Origin: a bacterium
GTDB lineage: Bacteria; SZUA-182; DTGQ01
Length of the DNA stretch: 30,795 bases
Direction: 5' to 3'
NCBI GenBank assembly: GCA_040752695.1
Contig: JBFMGO010000076.1
Location: forward strand, 1-30,795
The notes under the pieces are model-generated. The model saw nothing but the letters and a program-made list of their open reading frames with translations. It had not been told where the DNA came from and did no database searches. Made by a program: the position numbers and the translations under genes. Position 1 is the stretch's first letter; each line of letters begins with the position of its first letter. Shown piece after piece: positions 16,904 to 25,723 of the stretch.

Positions 16904-17566
16904 TTACTGCGAATTCAATTGCGGTCCCAGCAGGTCCAGAACGTCGGCCCTTTTGGCCTGATTTAAGAGGCAAATAAGGATGTCCTCTTTCCTTATGGTC
17001 ATTTCCGGCGTGGGCATGAGCAGGCCCAGGCCATTTTTGCAGGTAACTACCGTAAGAGTACCTGGAATATTCAGAGTGCTATATTTTTTACCGATAATTT
17101 TCTCATGTGATGGAATTTCTACCAACTTTAGCTGGCCTTCGCTCTCACCATAGCAGGAACGTAGGGAATCTTCGATAAAACGGTCCCTGATCATCTTGGA
17201 AATCATGACAGTAGCATTAATGATGTCAAATCCGAAGTCCTGGAGGGTCTGGGCCAGTTCCGGATCGTAAATTTTGGCTATAACCCGTTTTACCTGGTAA
17301 ATCTTTTTTGCTATCTGAGCGACCATGGCGTTGCTGGTGTCCGAATTGGTCACTAAAGCAATCCCGTCTGTTCTTTGGATTCCCGCTTCTTCCAGGAGCT
17401 CCCGATCAGTGCCATTTCCCTGGTATGTGATTCCATTGAATAGAGCGCCCAGACGCTGAAAAGACTGCTTATCCTTGTCAATAACCACCACATCGTGGCC
17501 TTCTTCGGACAATTGGTTGGCCAGTCTCGATCCTGATCTGCCGCATCCTACGATGATGATATACAT
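16904..17566 (-). CDS. trkA: TrkA/KtrA-type RCK regulatory subunit
   Basis: MYIIIVGCGRSG, LEEAGI..TD...VTNSD.SN, and an AAGGAG RBS. Confidence 0.92.
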   Translation of the reverse strand: MYIIIVGCGRSGSRLANQLSEEGHDVVVIDKDKQSFQRLGALFNGITYQGNGTDRELLEEAGIQRTDGIALVTNSDTSNAMVAQIAKKIYQVKRVIAKIYDPELAQTLQDFGFDIINATVMISKMIRDRFIEDSLRSCYGESEGQLKLVEIPSHEKIIGKKYSTLNIPGTLTVVTCKNGLGLLMPTPEMTIRKEDILICLLNQAKRADVLDLLGPQLNSQ

Positions 17567-17761
17567 TTTTGGTGCTCCTTCTATATATTACTTCTTATTC
17601 TCTGATTTGCACTGTTCAGAGAATAAACGAGGCAGATTATAATCCTACTAAAAGGAAAAATCAATAGGGTATTTTGGGATTTGGATATTGATTTTTTTTC
17701 TTATTCTAAAAAATGAGGAAAGAAATACCAATCGGATAATCCACCATTGCCGTAAATCAGG

Positions 17762-17877
17762 TTCGCTCATACTATTATAGTAGCCATCACAAATTCTTTT
17801 TTTGTCATTCCCGCGAAGGCGGGAATGACGGAATTGGATGCTTTTTATTAGGTATGTTGCTTTATAAATATGAGCGA
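17762..17877 (-). mobile_element. MITE-like family A, long copy (inverted relative to 15856)
   Basis: Reverse complement is nearly identical to 15856-15965. Confidence 0.75.
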
Positions 17878-18107
17878 TCAGGTTTGATTTTTGTGCGGTA
17901 AGCTTATAAAATACAAAATGTAAAAATTAAAAAGTCAAATTCAGCCGCTGGAATTCTGATGCTGGAATTCAGGAATCGGGATTCAGGAGTGAAGGGTTAG
18001 AAATCAAAAGAAGCTGTAATTAAAGTTCCAAAAGTTACTACTCGAAACATAGACTGTCATACATATTCGTTATTTTTATTAATGTATGGAGAAAGGACTT
18101 TTTCATT

Positions 18108-19811
18108 ATGAGGACCAAAGCAGCCTTAGCCGAAAAGCGTATGATTTTGTTTTACTTTGCCGTATTGACCTGTCTATTTTTGTGCCTGGCCGTTTCCGCG
18201 CCGGGGGAATCCTTTGTGTTTGACGATTTCGAATACTGGGATTCGCCTCTTAATCATGGATGGCAAAGTTCGGATTACGCCTATCCCGTTATGGGTTATG
18301 AAGTAGGGTATGGGCATCAGTCTACTCAGATTGACCTGTCTGAAGGAAGCCGGGTACTTATGATACATTGCATTCCCTCTGTTTTCAATGGCTTGCAGCC
18401 ATACTGCATGGCCAATTATAACCTGCGTGACCCCGATACCGGTACCGTGCCAGAGAAAACCTGCTTCAGTTATAAAGTGAAGGCCCCGATCAGTTTCGAG
18501 GGCTTTACCCAGATGCGGTGCTGCCTGCTGATCAAGACACGGGAAAATGAATGGCTCTGGTTGAGTTATCTCCCGATTGAGGCAACGGGTGTGCAGAGTT
18601 TAGGCGATTTTTCTCCCCTAATCCCTCCACCTGCTGATCTTACTGCCGGTCTTGCCGGTAGCCCTGTTCGCTGTCTCGGCTACCCCGCAGGGAGAGAGAT
18701 CCAGGACTCCACCTGGCACTGTGTGGTCAGGAATCTGCAAAAAGACCTCGATCAAGCCGTAGAGGAAGGTTTCCTATCCGCACCGCAGCACCTTGAAGGT
18801 GTCTATGGAATCATCCTCTCCGGTAATGAATATTCTGTGGATGAAATCACCTTCTTCGATGATCTTTCGCTTTACGAGAATCATCACCCGTTTGTCTGGA
18901 ATCCGGGACCTCAGTTTGCCACCCTGTTTGAGCCTTTTGAATTGATCATGTATGCTTCAGATCCGGAAAAAGCCAAACTTTCCTTTCATATTCAGGTTAG
19001 TGGATGGGGAGCCCATGGAACTGGTGGCAATGAACTGTTTTCTCTCAAGGAATTAGGCCCTGACGCAGCTGACCCCTGCCTTATGCAGGACTCTTCTCTT
19101 CAGAGGGCCATAGTGAGATTCACTCCTCAGGTTTTCGAGGATTTGATCGTGGCGGTTACGGTATCTGACGGATATACCAACGATACCACCATGTTTCCTC
19201 TGTCCGTAGTCAATTACCCTGTCCAGAATCACCCTCCCGTCATTCAGAGAAGCGGAATGCTTTCACGATTCGTTGCTCATGTTGGAGAGACTTTCACCTA
19301 TCGGGTCAAGGTGTTTGACAAGGATTATGACCAGCTTACCTACTCGGCTACAATCAATGGCCTGCCCAACTATCAATACGGCCCCTGGCTGGAATCCATC
19401 ATCGATCCCCATACCGGTCTTATTAAAATTACGCCCCGGTTCGAGGGCTTTTTCCAGATTACGGTAACCGTCCGTGATACAAAAGGGGCTATAGCACAGG
19501 CCACCTGGGATCTTACCGTGGCCAATCCGGGCTCCTGGCTCAACCATCCGCCGGTACGGGTGGTCAATGTCCCCAGTCCACAGATAGTCCGTGCCGGCGA
19601 GCTTTACACCGTGGCTACCAGCCTGGTTGATCCCGATGGCGATGACCTGTATTACAGCACCAATATCGGAAGTGTTACTCCGGACGGAACTTTTTCCTTC
19701 CTGACCTACTTCCCTGGCCAGTACAGCATAAGTATCGTTGCCTATGATTTTCAAGGGGGCTATGCCTACCAGAATTTCCTTCTCGATGTGCAGCCCTGGT
19801 GGAGCTATTAA
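18108..19811 (+). CDS. Secreted protein: N-terminal beta-sandwich-like domain plus three Ig/cadherin-like repeats
   Basis: Signal peptide and three units opening with NH(H/P)P, with ASDPE / FDKDYD.LTYS / DPDGDDLYYS motifs and VTVSDG/VTVRDTKG strands. Confidence 0.8.
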   Translation: MRTKAALAEKRMILFYFAVLTCLFLCLAVSAPGESFVFDDFEYWDSPLNHGWQSSDYAYPVMGYEVGYGHQSTQIDLSEGSRVLMIHCIPSVFNGLQPYCMANYNLRDPDTGTVPEKTCFSYKVKAPISFEGFTQMRCCLLIKTRENEWLWLSYLPIEATGVQSLGDFSPLIPPPADLTAGLAGSPVRCLGYPAGREIQDSTWHCVVRNLQKDLDQAVEEGFLSAPQHLEGVYGIILSGNEYSVDEITFFDDLSLYENHHPFVWNPGPQFATLFEPFELIMYASDPEKAKLSFHIQVSGWGAHGTGGNELFSLKELGPDAADPCLMQDSSLQRAIVRFTPQVFEDLIVAVTVSDGYTNDTTMFPLSVVNYPVQNHPPVIQRSGMLSRFVAHVGETFTYRVKVFDKDYDQLTYSATINGLPNYQYGPWLESIIDPHTGLIKITPRFEGFFQITVTVRDTKGAIAQATWDLTVANPGSWLNHPPVRVVNVPSPQIVRAGELYTVATSLVDPDGDDLYYSTNIGSVTPDGTFSFLTYFPGQYSISIVAYDFQGGYAYQNFLLDVQPWWSY

Positions 19812-20029
19812 TCAATACAAAGGTGTTCGTTTCCATAGAGCCGAAAAGTTATGGGGAGCTGCATCACTGTGATAGCTGAACTCCCTTTTCGGATAGGTAG
19901 TATATATGGAATTCCTTTAGTCCGTGTTCAGTTAGAGCGGCTCTTGCTTGATCAAACTACAGGCCCTTTGCAAACTACTGCGAGTCGCCCTCCGTTTGCC
20001 AAAGGCACATGTTTTCCCCCTATAAAGGT

Positions 20030-20080
20030 ACCTATCGCTCCCCCTTTATAAATAAAAGGGGGCAGGGGGGGATTTCAACA
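20030..20080 (-). repeat. Repeat family C copy (reverse)
   Basis: CCCCTTT...AAAGGGGGCAGGGGGGATTTCAACA is the reverse complement of the family C core. Confidence 0.6.
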
Positions 20081-20111
20081 TAGGAACATACTGTATCAGA
20101 AGCTCAATGAT

Positions 20112-20462
20112 TTACCATCTGACAACATCAATTCCAACCTCTTCGAAATTGCCGATCAGCTTTTTGATATCAGGAGAAAATCCATAAGAATCCATCTCCT
20201 TCCGCTCACTTTGAACCATGGCTCTTAAAAAGACATTATTCGTTAAAACGGTGACCTTTTTGATTCCATGCTTCTCTGCCGTATTAAGCCCAATATATAA
20301 GCCGGATAAGTCACGAAAGTTGTTATCTGAAAGCAAGGCATTCTCCTGGATCTCTTCTACTGTTTCTCCCTTGCCGTCTTGTAAGGAAACATGGATAGAT
20401 GACGAATGACCGTTAAGCGGTACAGGGTTGACGAGAATAAAAAAATGTTCATATTCGTTCAT
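20112..20462 (-). CDS. RNase HI-like fold protein (degenerate)
   Basis: Strong AAAGGAGG RBS. NN..D..GL..GL..A...GIKKV.V.TNN....V and L..NFEEV.I..V resemble the small RNase HI (RVT_3-like) layout. Confidence 0.6.
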   Translation of the reverse strand: MNEYEHFFILVNPVPLNGHSSSIHVSLQDGKGETVEEIQENALLSDNNFRDLSGLYIGLNTAEKHGIKKVTVLTNNVFLRAMVQSERKEMDSYGFSPDIKKLIGNFEEVGIDVVRW

Positions 20463-21029
20463 AAATGTTCCTCCTTTTGTTTGGTTTACCTGATCTGACC
20501 TCAGCTTCTTATTTTATTCCTCCCCGATCTCGGTGATGAGGATTTAACTGTTCGAAAGTCAGAATCCAGTAGCGAGGAGTTAGGATAAAAGGTTTTTTCA
20601 CATTCGGAACGTCGTGGGGTTTAATAGAGAGAAAGAGAACTCTCTTTTCTTAAAAAGAAGCATAAATAGTGCCGCGGGAATAGATAAATGTTCATCGACT
20701 ATGTATGCTACGGATAAAAGAATAGAACCAACAGCCCCAGAGACATTGATACACCGAGGAATGCTTTTCTTTCCTCTGCTTTTTCAGTGGTTACTTTCCT
20801 ATCGTTTGAGCAAGTGGAAGGATCTCTAGGAATTAATCTATTTTATTTATCTTGTGTCTATTTATATGTATATGTTGTAAAAGCAGGCTCTATTTTTTAG
20901 ACTGAGTAGGAAAATCGGACGATGCTCATCACTTGACGATGCTCCTCTGCTGAGGTGGTATTGACGGGCGGACCCCTTACTGGGACTGGTTATCCGGTAT
21001 GGGGACCGTTCAATGCCGAAAAATCGTCC

Positions 21030-21059
21030 TTGACAACCTCTGATAGATTGGGATATCTT
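21030..21059 (+). promoter_or_regulatory. sigma70-type promoter
   Basis: TTGACA-18 bp-TATCTT. Confidence 0.4.
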
Positions 21060-21157
21060 CTGAATAAAGATTGCTTTTTAAATAAAGATGAAATTATGGA
21101 ATCATCTGCGTTACAATTTTTTATATAAAAGTGCAAAAGTTTAGAGAAGCTCAGTGC

Positions 21158-21292
21158 ACTGCACGTGAACTACGCAGCCGGTTATTGGAATGGGGCCATA
21201 TGTCGAAAATCCCCCTCCTTTCTCAAGGGGATATAAAAACCCTTACAGCAGGGGGGGGAGGACAATATAACCGGCTATGTATTTTAAGCGCG
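21158..21292 (+). repeat. Repeat family C copy
   Basis: CTGCACG...GAATGGGGCCATATGTCGAAAATCCCCCTCC...ATAAAAACCCTTACAGCAGGGGG...GGCTATGTATT. Confidence 0.7.
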
Positions 21293-21357
21293 GTGTATCG
21301 AGTTCTTTGGAAAGCATGAGCTTTGCCCCTTACGTTCAAGGCGAAAAGGAGAAAAGA

Positions 21358-21933
21358 ATGGCTACTCTGCACAGCATGAGTGAACCCCTATACGAGGAAG
21401 ATATCTGGACTTACCAGGATTATCTTGAACTTCCCAATGATGGCAAGATTTATGAAATTATAGGAGGTACTTTACTTATGGCACCAGCGCCTACAACGAA
21501 GCATCAGAAAGTATCCAGAAACCTTGAATTTTTCATTTGGGATTACGTTCGGAAGAACCGCCTGGGAGAGATCTATGATGCTCCCATAGACGTTATATTT
21601 GATAAATTGAATGTTGTTCAGCCTGATTTGGTTTATGTCGCCAGGAAAAGAGCCCATATCATCAAAGAAAAAGGGATCTTTGGTGCCCCAGACCTGATCG
21701 TCGAGATTCTTTCCCCTCATAATGCTGAGGTAGATATAAAAAGAAAGAAGCAACTCTACGAACATTTTTTTGTCCGGGAGTACTGGTTGGTAGATCCGGA
21801 TAAGAAAGAGGTTGAGGTCTATACCATAGAGGGTGGAAGATATGGGTTGAAGGGAGCTTATTGTGAGCAGGAAAGCATAGAATCCAGTCAGATTGCAGGG
21901 CTGATGGTCCCTTTCGGCGAAGTCTTCTGCTAA
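21358..21933 (+). CDS. Uma2 family (PD-(D/E)xK) endonuclease
   Basis: WTYQDYL.LP..G..YEII.G...MAPAP...HQ, VQPDL, GAPDLIVEILSP, K..LY....V.EYWLVDP. AAGGAG precedes the ATG at 21358. Confidence 0.93.
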   Translation: MATLHSMSEPLYEEDIWTYQDYLELPNDGKIYEIIGGTLLMAPAPTTKHQKVSRNLEFFIWDYVRKNRLGEIYDAPIDVIFDKLNVVQPDLVYVARKRAHIIKEKGIFGAPDLIVEILSPHNAEVDIKRKKQLYEHFFVREYWLVDPDKKEVEVYTIEGGRYGLKGAYCEQESIESSQIAGLMVPFGEVFC

Positions 21934-21961
21934 AAGTTCCTTTTGCTAAAAGGTACTCCAA

Positions 21962-22038
21962 TCCTCATCAAGATTATCTCCTCATCAAGATTATCCGGTT
22001 TCCTCTAAGGTTATCCAGTCTCCTAAAGGTTATTCAGC
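21962..22038. repeat. Tandem repeat between Uma2 and the kinase
   Basis: TCCTCATCAAGATTATC twice exactly, then two degenerate TCCT..AAGGTTAT.CAG units. Confidence 0.8.
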
Positions 22039-22062
22039 CTTCTATAGAAAGATAAAAGGGAA

Positions 22063-23562
22063 ATGGGTCGTAGAAAGAAGATATTCCTAAAGTCTGTCCG
22101 CTTTAAAATCACCCTTTGGTATATGCTGATTCTGGCTGTTGTACTGTGCGTGTTCAGTGTCTTGATCTACCAGAACCTCGAAAACAGGCTCTATGAAAGT
22201 GTAGACGACCTGATCCGGTCAAGAGCGGAAGGGATCGCGGATGCCATTGATACGTACTGGGAAACCAAGAAATTGGAAGCGCTGGAGGATGGCGAAAACA
22301 TAGAAACCTACAGCAAGGTAGATAATAATAATTTCGCAAAAATCGCTCATAACTGGGTTGAGGAAAAATCTAAAGACGTTAAACTGATCAATACCATTGT
22401 GCAGATCTTCGATTCGAATGGAAAGCAAATCGTTTCTTCAAAAAATATATCCGGCAGGTTCACTCTTCCGAGGGAAATACTCTGTTCCACTTTAAGGGGT
22501 AATGACCATCTCTATAACTTAGATATCGATATGCCCGGAGATAAGGAATTGCCGTTGAGAGTGTTCACCATGCCCGTTATGGAGCGTGGACAGACAGCTT
22601 ACATTATCCAGGTTGCCAGTCCATTGAATCTGATATTCTCCGGGCTCAATAAGCTCAAGGCAACCTTATTGATACTCGTCCCCCTGTCGGTATTCTCTAC
22701 TGCTGCGTTGGGCGTATTTCTCGTCACCTTAGCGCTTAACCCTGTTGACAGCATGATCAAAACCATACGCCAGATCACTGCTGAGAATTTAAAACTCAGG
22801 ATAGATATACCTGATACCAAAGATGAGATTAAAAGATTAGCGGACACCTTCAATAATATGCTGGCCAGGCTCGATCATGCCTTTTCATTCGAGAAACAAT
22901 TCATTCAAGATGTTTCTCATGAATTAAGAACCCCTTTGACTATTTTAAAAGGGGAACTCGAAATCACTTTAAAGAAAAATCGCTCCAGTCAGGAATATAA
23001 GTCAGTCCTGATGAGTAGTTTGGAAGAGATTAATAAAATCAGCCGGATGGTGGAGAGTTTGCTCACCCTCGCCCGGCTTGACAGCCAACAGATTAAGTTT
23101 TCCATGGAAAGGCTGGAGTTGACTGATTTGTTGGAGAGGGTTTTGGATGATATGAGAGTATTGGCTATCCAGAAGGCTATCGGCATTGATCTGTTTAATC
23201 AGGATAAGATCACCGTGGAAGCTGATGAAAATCAAATGAGCTGCGTTTTTTTTAACCTCCTGGACAATGCGGTTAAATACACGCCGCCAAATGGCAAGGT
23301 CACGGTAGAGGTACATAAAAGCAACAATTTTGCCAGAGTTAAGGTAAGTGATACTGGTATAGGTATACCGGAAGATGCACTCCGTCATATATTTGACAGG
23401 TTTTATCAAGTGGAAAAATCCCGCAGCACATCGGGTTTCGGCCTTGGTCTTTGTATCGTTAAATCTATCGTGGATGCCCACCACGGCCAGATTGAGGTAG
23501 AAAGCCGCCAAGAGCAGGGCACAACCATCACTGTTTCCCTGCCCTTACTCCCCTCACCGTAA
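22063..23562 (+). CDS. Membrane sensor histidine kinase (HAMP-HisKA-HATPase, CusS/ArlS-like)
   Basis: Two TM helices, HAMP (DEI.RLA.TFN.ML.RL), H-box SHELRTPL, NLLDNAVKY, DTGIGI and GFGLGL. Confidence 0.95.
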   Translation: MGRRKKIFLKSVRFKITLWYMLILAVVLCVFSVLIYQNLENRLYESVDDLIRSRAEGIADAIDTYWETKKLEALEDGENIETYSKVDNNNFAKIAHNWVEEKSKDVKLINTIVQIFDSNGKQIVSSKNISGRFTLPREILCSTLRGNDHLYNLDIDMPGDKELPLRVFTMPVMERGQTAYIIQVASPLNLIFSGLNKLKATLLILVPLSVFSTAALGVFLVTLALNPVDSMIKTIRQITAENLKLRIDIPDTKDEIKRLADTFNNMLARLDHAFSFEKQFIQDVSHELRTPLTILKGELEITLKKNRSSQEYKSVLMSSLEEINKISRMVESLLTLARLDSQQIKFSMERLELTDLLERVLDDMRVLAIQKAIGIDLFNQDKITVEADENQMSCVFFNLLDNAVKYTPPNGKVTVEVHKSNNFARVKVSDTGIGIPEDALRHIFDRFYQVEKSRSTSGFGLGLCIVKSIVDAHHGQIEVESRQEQGTTITVSLPLLPSP

Positions 23563-23787
23563 GTATCTTCCTCACATCACCTCCATAACCTCTATTACAC
23601 CTGCCACCTCTATCGCATCTATCACACCTCTATCGGGCCTGCCATATATAATCATGCCTGCTCCATGTATCGGGTATATGATACCTGATCAGGCAAGTTA
23701 TTCCTAAATAAAAGCCATTTTGCACCTGCCAGGCCCATCCAATCATGTTATTTCAAGCATTAAGACGCCTTTGAAGATTAAAAATTT

Positions 23788-23831
23788 TTAATTCTGCTTT
23801 AAGGTTGTTTTAATGATCGATATGGTAGATT
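23788..23831 (+). promoter_or_regulatory. OmpR/PhoB-type direct-repeat site plus extended -10
   Basis: TTAA at 23788, 23799 and 23810 (11-bp period), followed by TG-G-TAGATT. Confidence 0.55.
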
Positions 23832-24026
23832 GCTCCTCTAAAATTAGAATATAGGTAATAAAATCATAAGATAGATGAAACAAAATCAGGAAGGAGGTGA
23901 AGATTGACGGCATAAAGATAATGGTATGGAGTAACCGGGAAAGGAAGCGCTTATTGCTTGTATCATAATATAATCATGTAAGAATCCTACTATGAGGGCC
24001 ATAAAATAGAAAAAAGGAGATTCAAT

Positions 24027-24440
24027 ATGAAAAAGGTATTGGTAATGATGGCTGCTTTACTGATATTTGCCGGGTTTTCCACCTTTGCTCAGGGTCAGAA
24101 TCCGACTTCAGAGACACCGGCTAAAGAAGCGATGGAACAGACGATCACTGCTGAGCCAAAGGCCGAGGTACTTGCTGGCAGTATCAATTCTCTTAACCTT
24201 GAAATGAAGACTCTGATGCTAAAGGTAAATGAAGCTTCCGGTGAGGTTGAGAAGAAGATTGCTGTCGATCTGATCGATCAGAGCACCTTGTCTACATTAA
24301 AGGCTGGCGACCAGGTCAAAGTGACCCTTAAGGCAGGTGAAGAAATGCGGGCAGAAAAGGTAGAGGTTATGCCGAAATCAGTAGAAAAAGTAAAGGCAAG
24401 AGCAAAAGGCAGAAGCAGCAAAGGAGGGGCGAATAAATGA
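24027..24440 (+). CDS. Small exported protein (OB-fold-like, LKAGDQVKV motif)
   Basis: AAGGAG RBS, Sec signal MKKVLVMMAALLIFAGFSTFA, then G.I..L....KTL.LK and LK.GD.V.V. Confidence 0.8.
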   Translation: MKKVLVMMAALLIFAGFSTFAQGQNPTSETPAKEAMEQTITAEPKAEVLAGSINSLNLEMKTLMLKVNEASGEVEKKIAVDLIDQSTLSTLKAGDQVKVTLKAGEEMRAEKVEVMPKSVEKVKARAKGRSSKGGANK

Positions 24441-24850
24441 GATGGCTTATTACAGCCATCTGTGTTTCTTTGCTCATGACAAGCAGCCTGTGCGAAGCAC
24501 AGGCTGCTGAAAATTCGGCCACACTGCCGCCGGCTACAGTGATGGCAGCATCAAGGGTTACTCCAACCAAAGCGACGGTTCTAAAAGCGACTGAGGCCAA
24601 GGTTCTGGTTGGAAAAATTACCGCGATTACTCTTGCTGATTCCGCTCAGAATATAAAGCCGCAGATCGTAGTAAGGGATAAGAATGATAGGGCAGTAACC
24701 TTGCTGGTAACATCAACGACGGATATCTATGATGTTGGCTGGAATGCTGTTGCTTTGGGAGATCTGAAGGTGGGCAGCAAAAGCAGAGTCAAGTATTCTA
24801 CACCTGAAGATGGCACGAATGAGGCCCTGTCGATTAATATTATAAAGTAA
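24437..24850 (+). CDS. Small exported protein (OB-fold-like, DLKVGSK.RV.Y motif)
   Basis: AAGGAGG RBS, ATGA overlap, signal peptide, GKITAI...I.V.D....V.L.V...T.I and L.DLKVG. Confidence 0.8.
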   Translation: MRWLITAICVSLLMTSSLCEAQAAENSATLPPATVMAASRVTPTKATVLKATEAKVLVGKITAITLADSAQNIKPQIVVRDKNDRAVTLLVTSTTDIYDVGWNAVALGDLKVGSKSRVKYSTPEDGTNEALSINIIK

Positions 24851-24897
24851 ATCTGGCAATTAATCTTATAAAATAAATTCTTGGATAGGGCCAAAGA

Positions 24898-24932
24898 AAA
24901 ACGGCAGACATGTCTTTGATATCTGCCGTTTT
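24898..24932. terminator. Intrinsic terminator (potentially bidirectional)
   Basis: AAAACGGCAGA-loop-TCTGCCGTTTT downstream of the two-gene operon. Confidence 0.75.
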
Positions 24933-25536
24933 AGCTTTTGCAGCGCGGCTTCTGACCGGTAACAGAGCAGTGTATTGTCTGAAAAACAGCCAGGTTTTTA
25001 CCTATGAGTGCTTCCTGTAAAAGTAAACAAAGTTTACCTCATAGAGCATGTCGTTACCGGTCTCCTTCTCTTTTCCCTTAGTCTTTCCCTATTTTTTCCT
25101 ATCTGCCTATTTTACCACTGGGAGGCTTATATGGTACGATCGATGAGCGTAAGAGGTGTCTTTGTCATGAATTCTCCTTTGTCATGGATTCTCCTTTTGT
25201 TTTCTCGATCTTTTCGTCAACACAGTTTACACTGACTATGATCGCTTTAACCCTCACGTGAGCCATAGAAAGCTACAGCCTCGTGATAATACTCGTTATA
25301 TATTAACTTTTATCTGCTTCTAGCACTATTTCAGCAGCGATAACTTCAAATAGACAGAGTTGAATTGCCGATTAATAATAATAAAAACACTGTTTGACAC
25401 CGCACCTATTTAAGAATGGAAGGTCAGGGTTTATTCAATCAAAGGTACAAGATCCCCTTACTCCAACTGGATAGTACATCATGAGGGAGCAGAGAAATAG
25501 GTACTTCTCTGAAAGAATGATATAAGATCCGTTTTT

Positions 25537-25551
25537 TGGCATGCAATATGC
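25537..25551 (+). promoter_or_regulatory. sigma54 (-24/-12) promoter
   Basis: TGGCATGCAATATGC upstream of the HDOD-GGDEF gene, with a second weaker match GGGCATCGGCATTGC at 25648-25662. Confidence 0.6.
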
Positions 25552-25723
25552 AAATAGATTTACCATGCTTGATTGATTTACAAGTGAAGATACACGGGTT
25601 AATACCATACTCGATGAGCTACGAAAAGAGAGTATTCGAAAAGGCCGGGGCATCGGCATTGCGATCACATTCACTTTATAGACAACTGCTACTCTAAAAA
25701 CATACAAAAAACGACGAAATAAT

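Noticed and set aside
17570..18100. Possible c-di-AMP (ydaO) riboswitch upstream of the trk operon
   Set aside because: Conserved ydaO blocks not found. The region holds a MITE and short GAATTC/ATTCAGG repeats.
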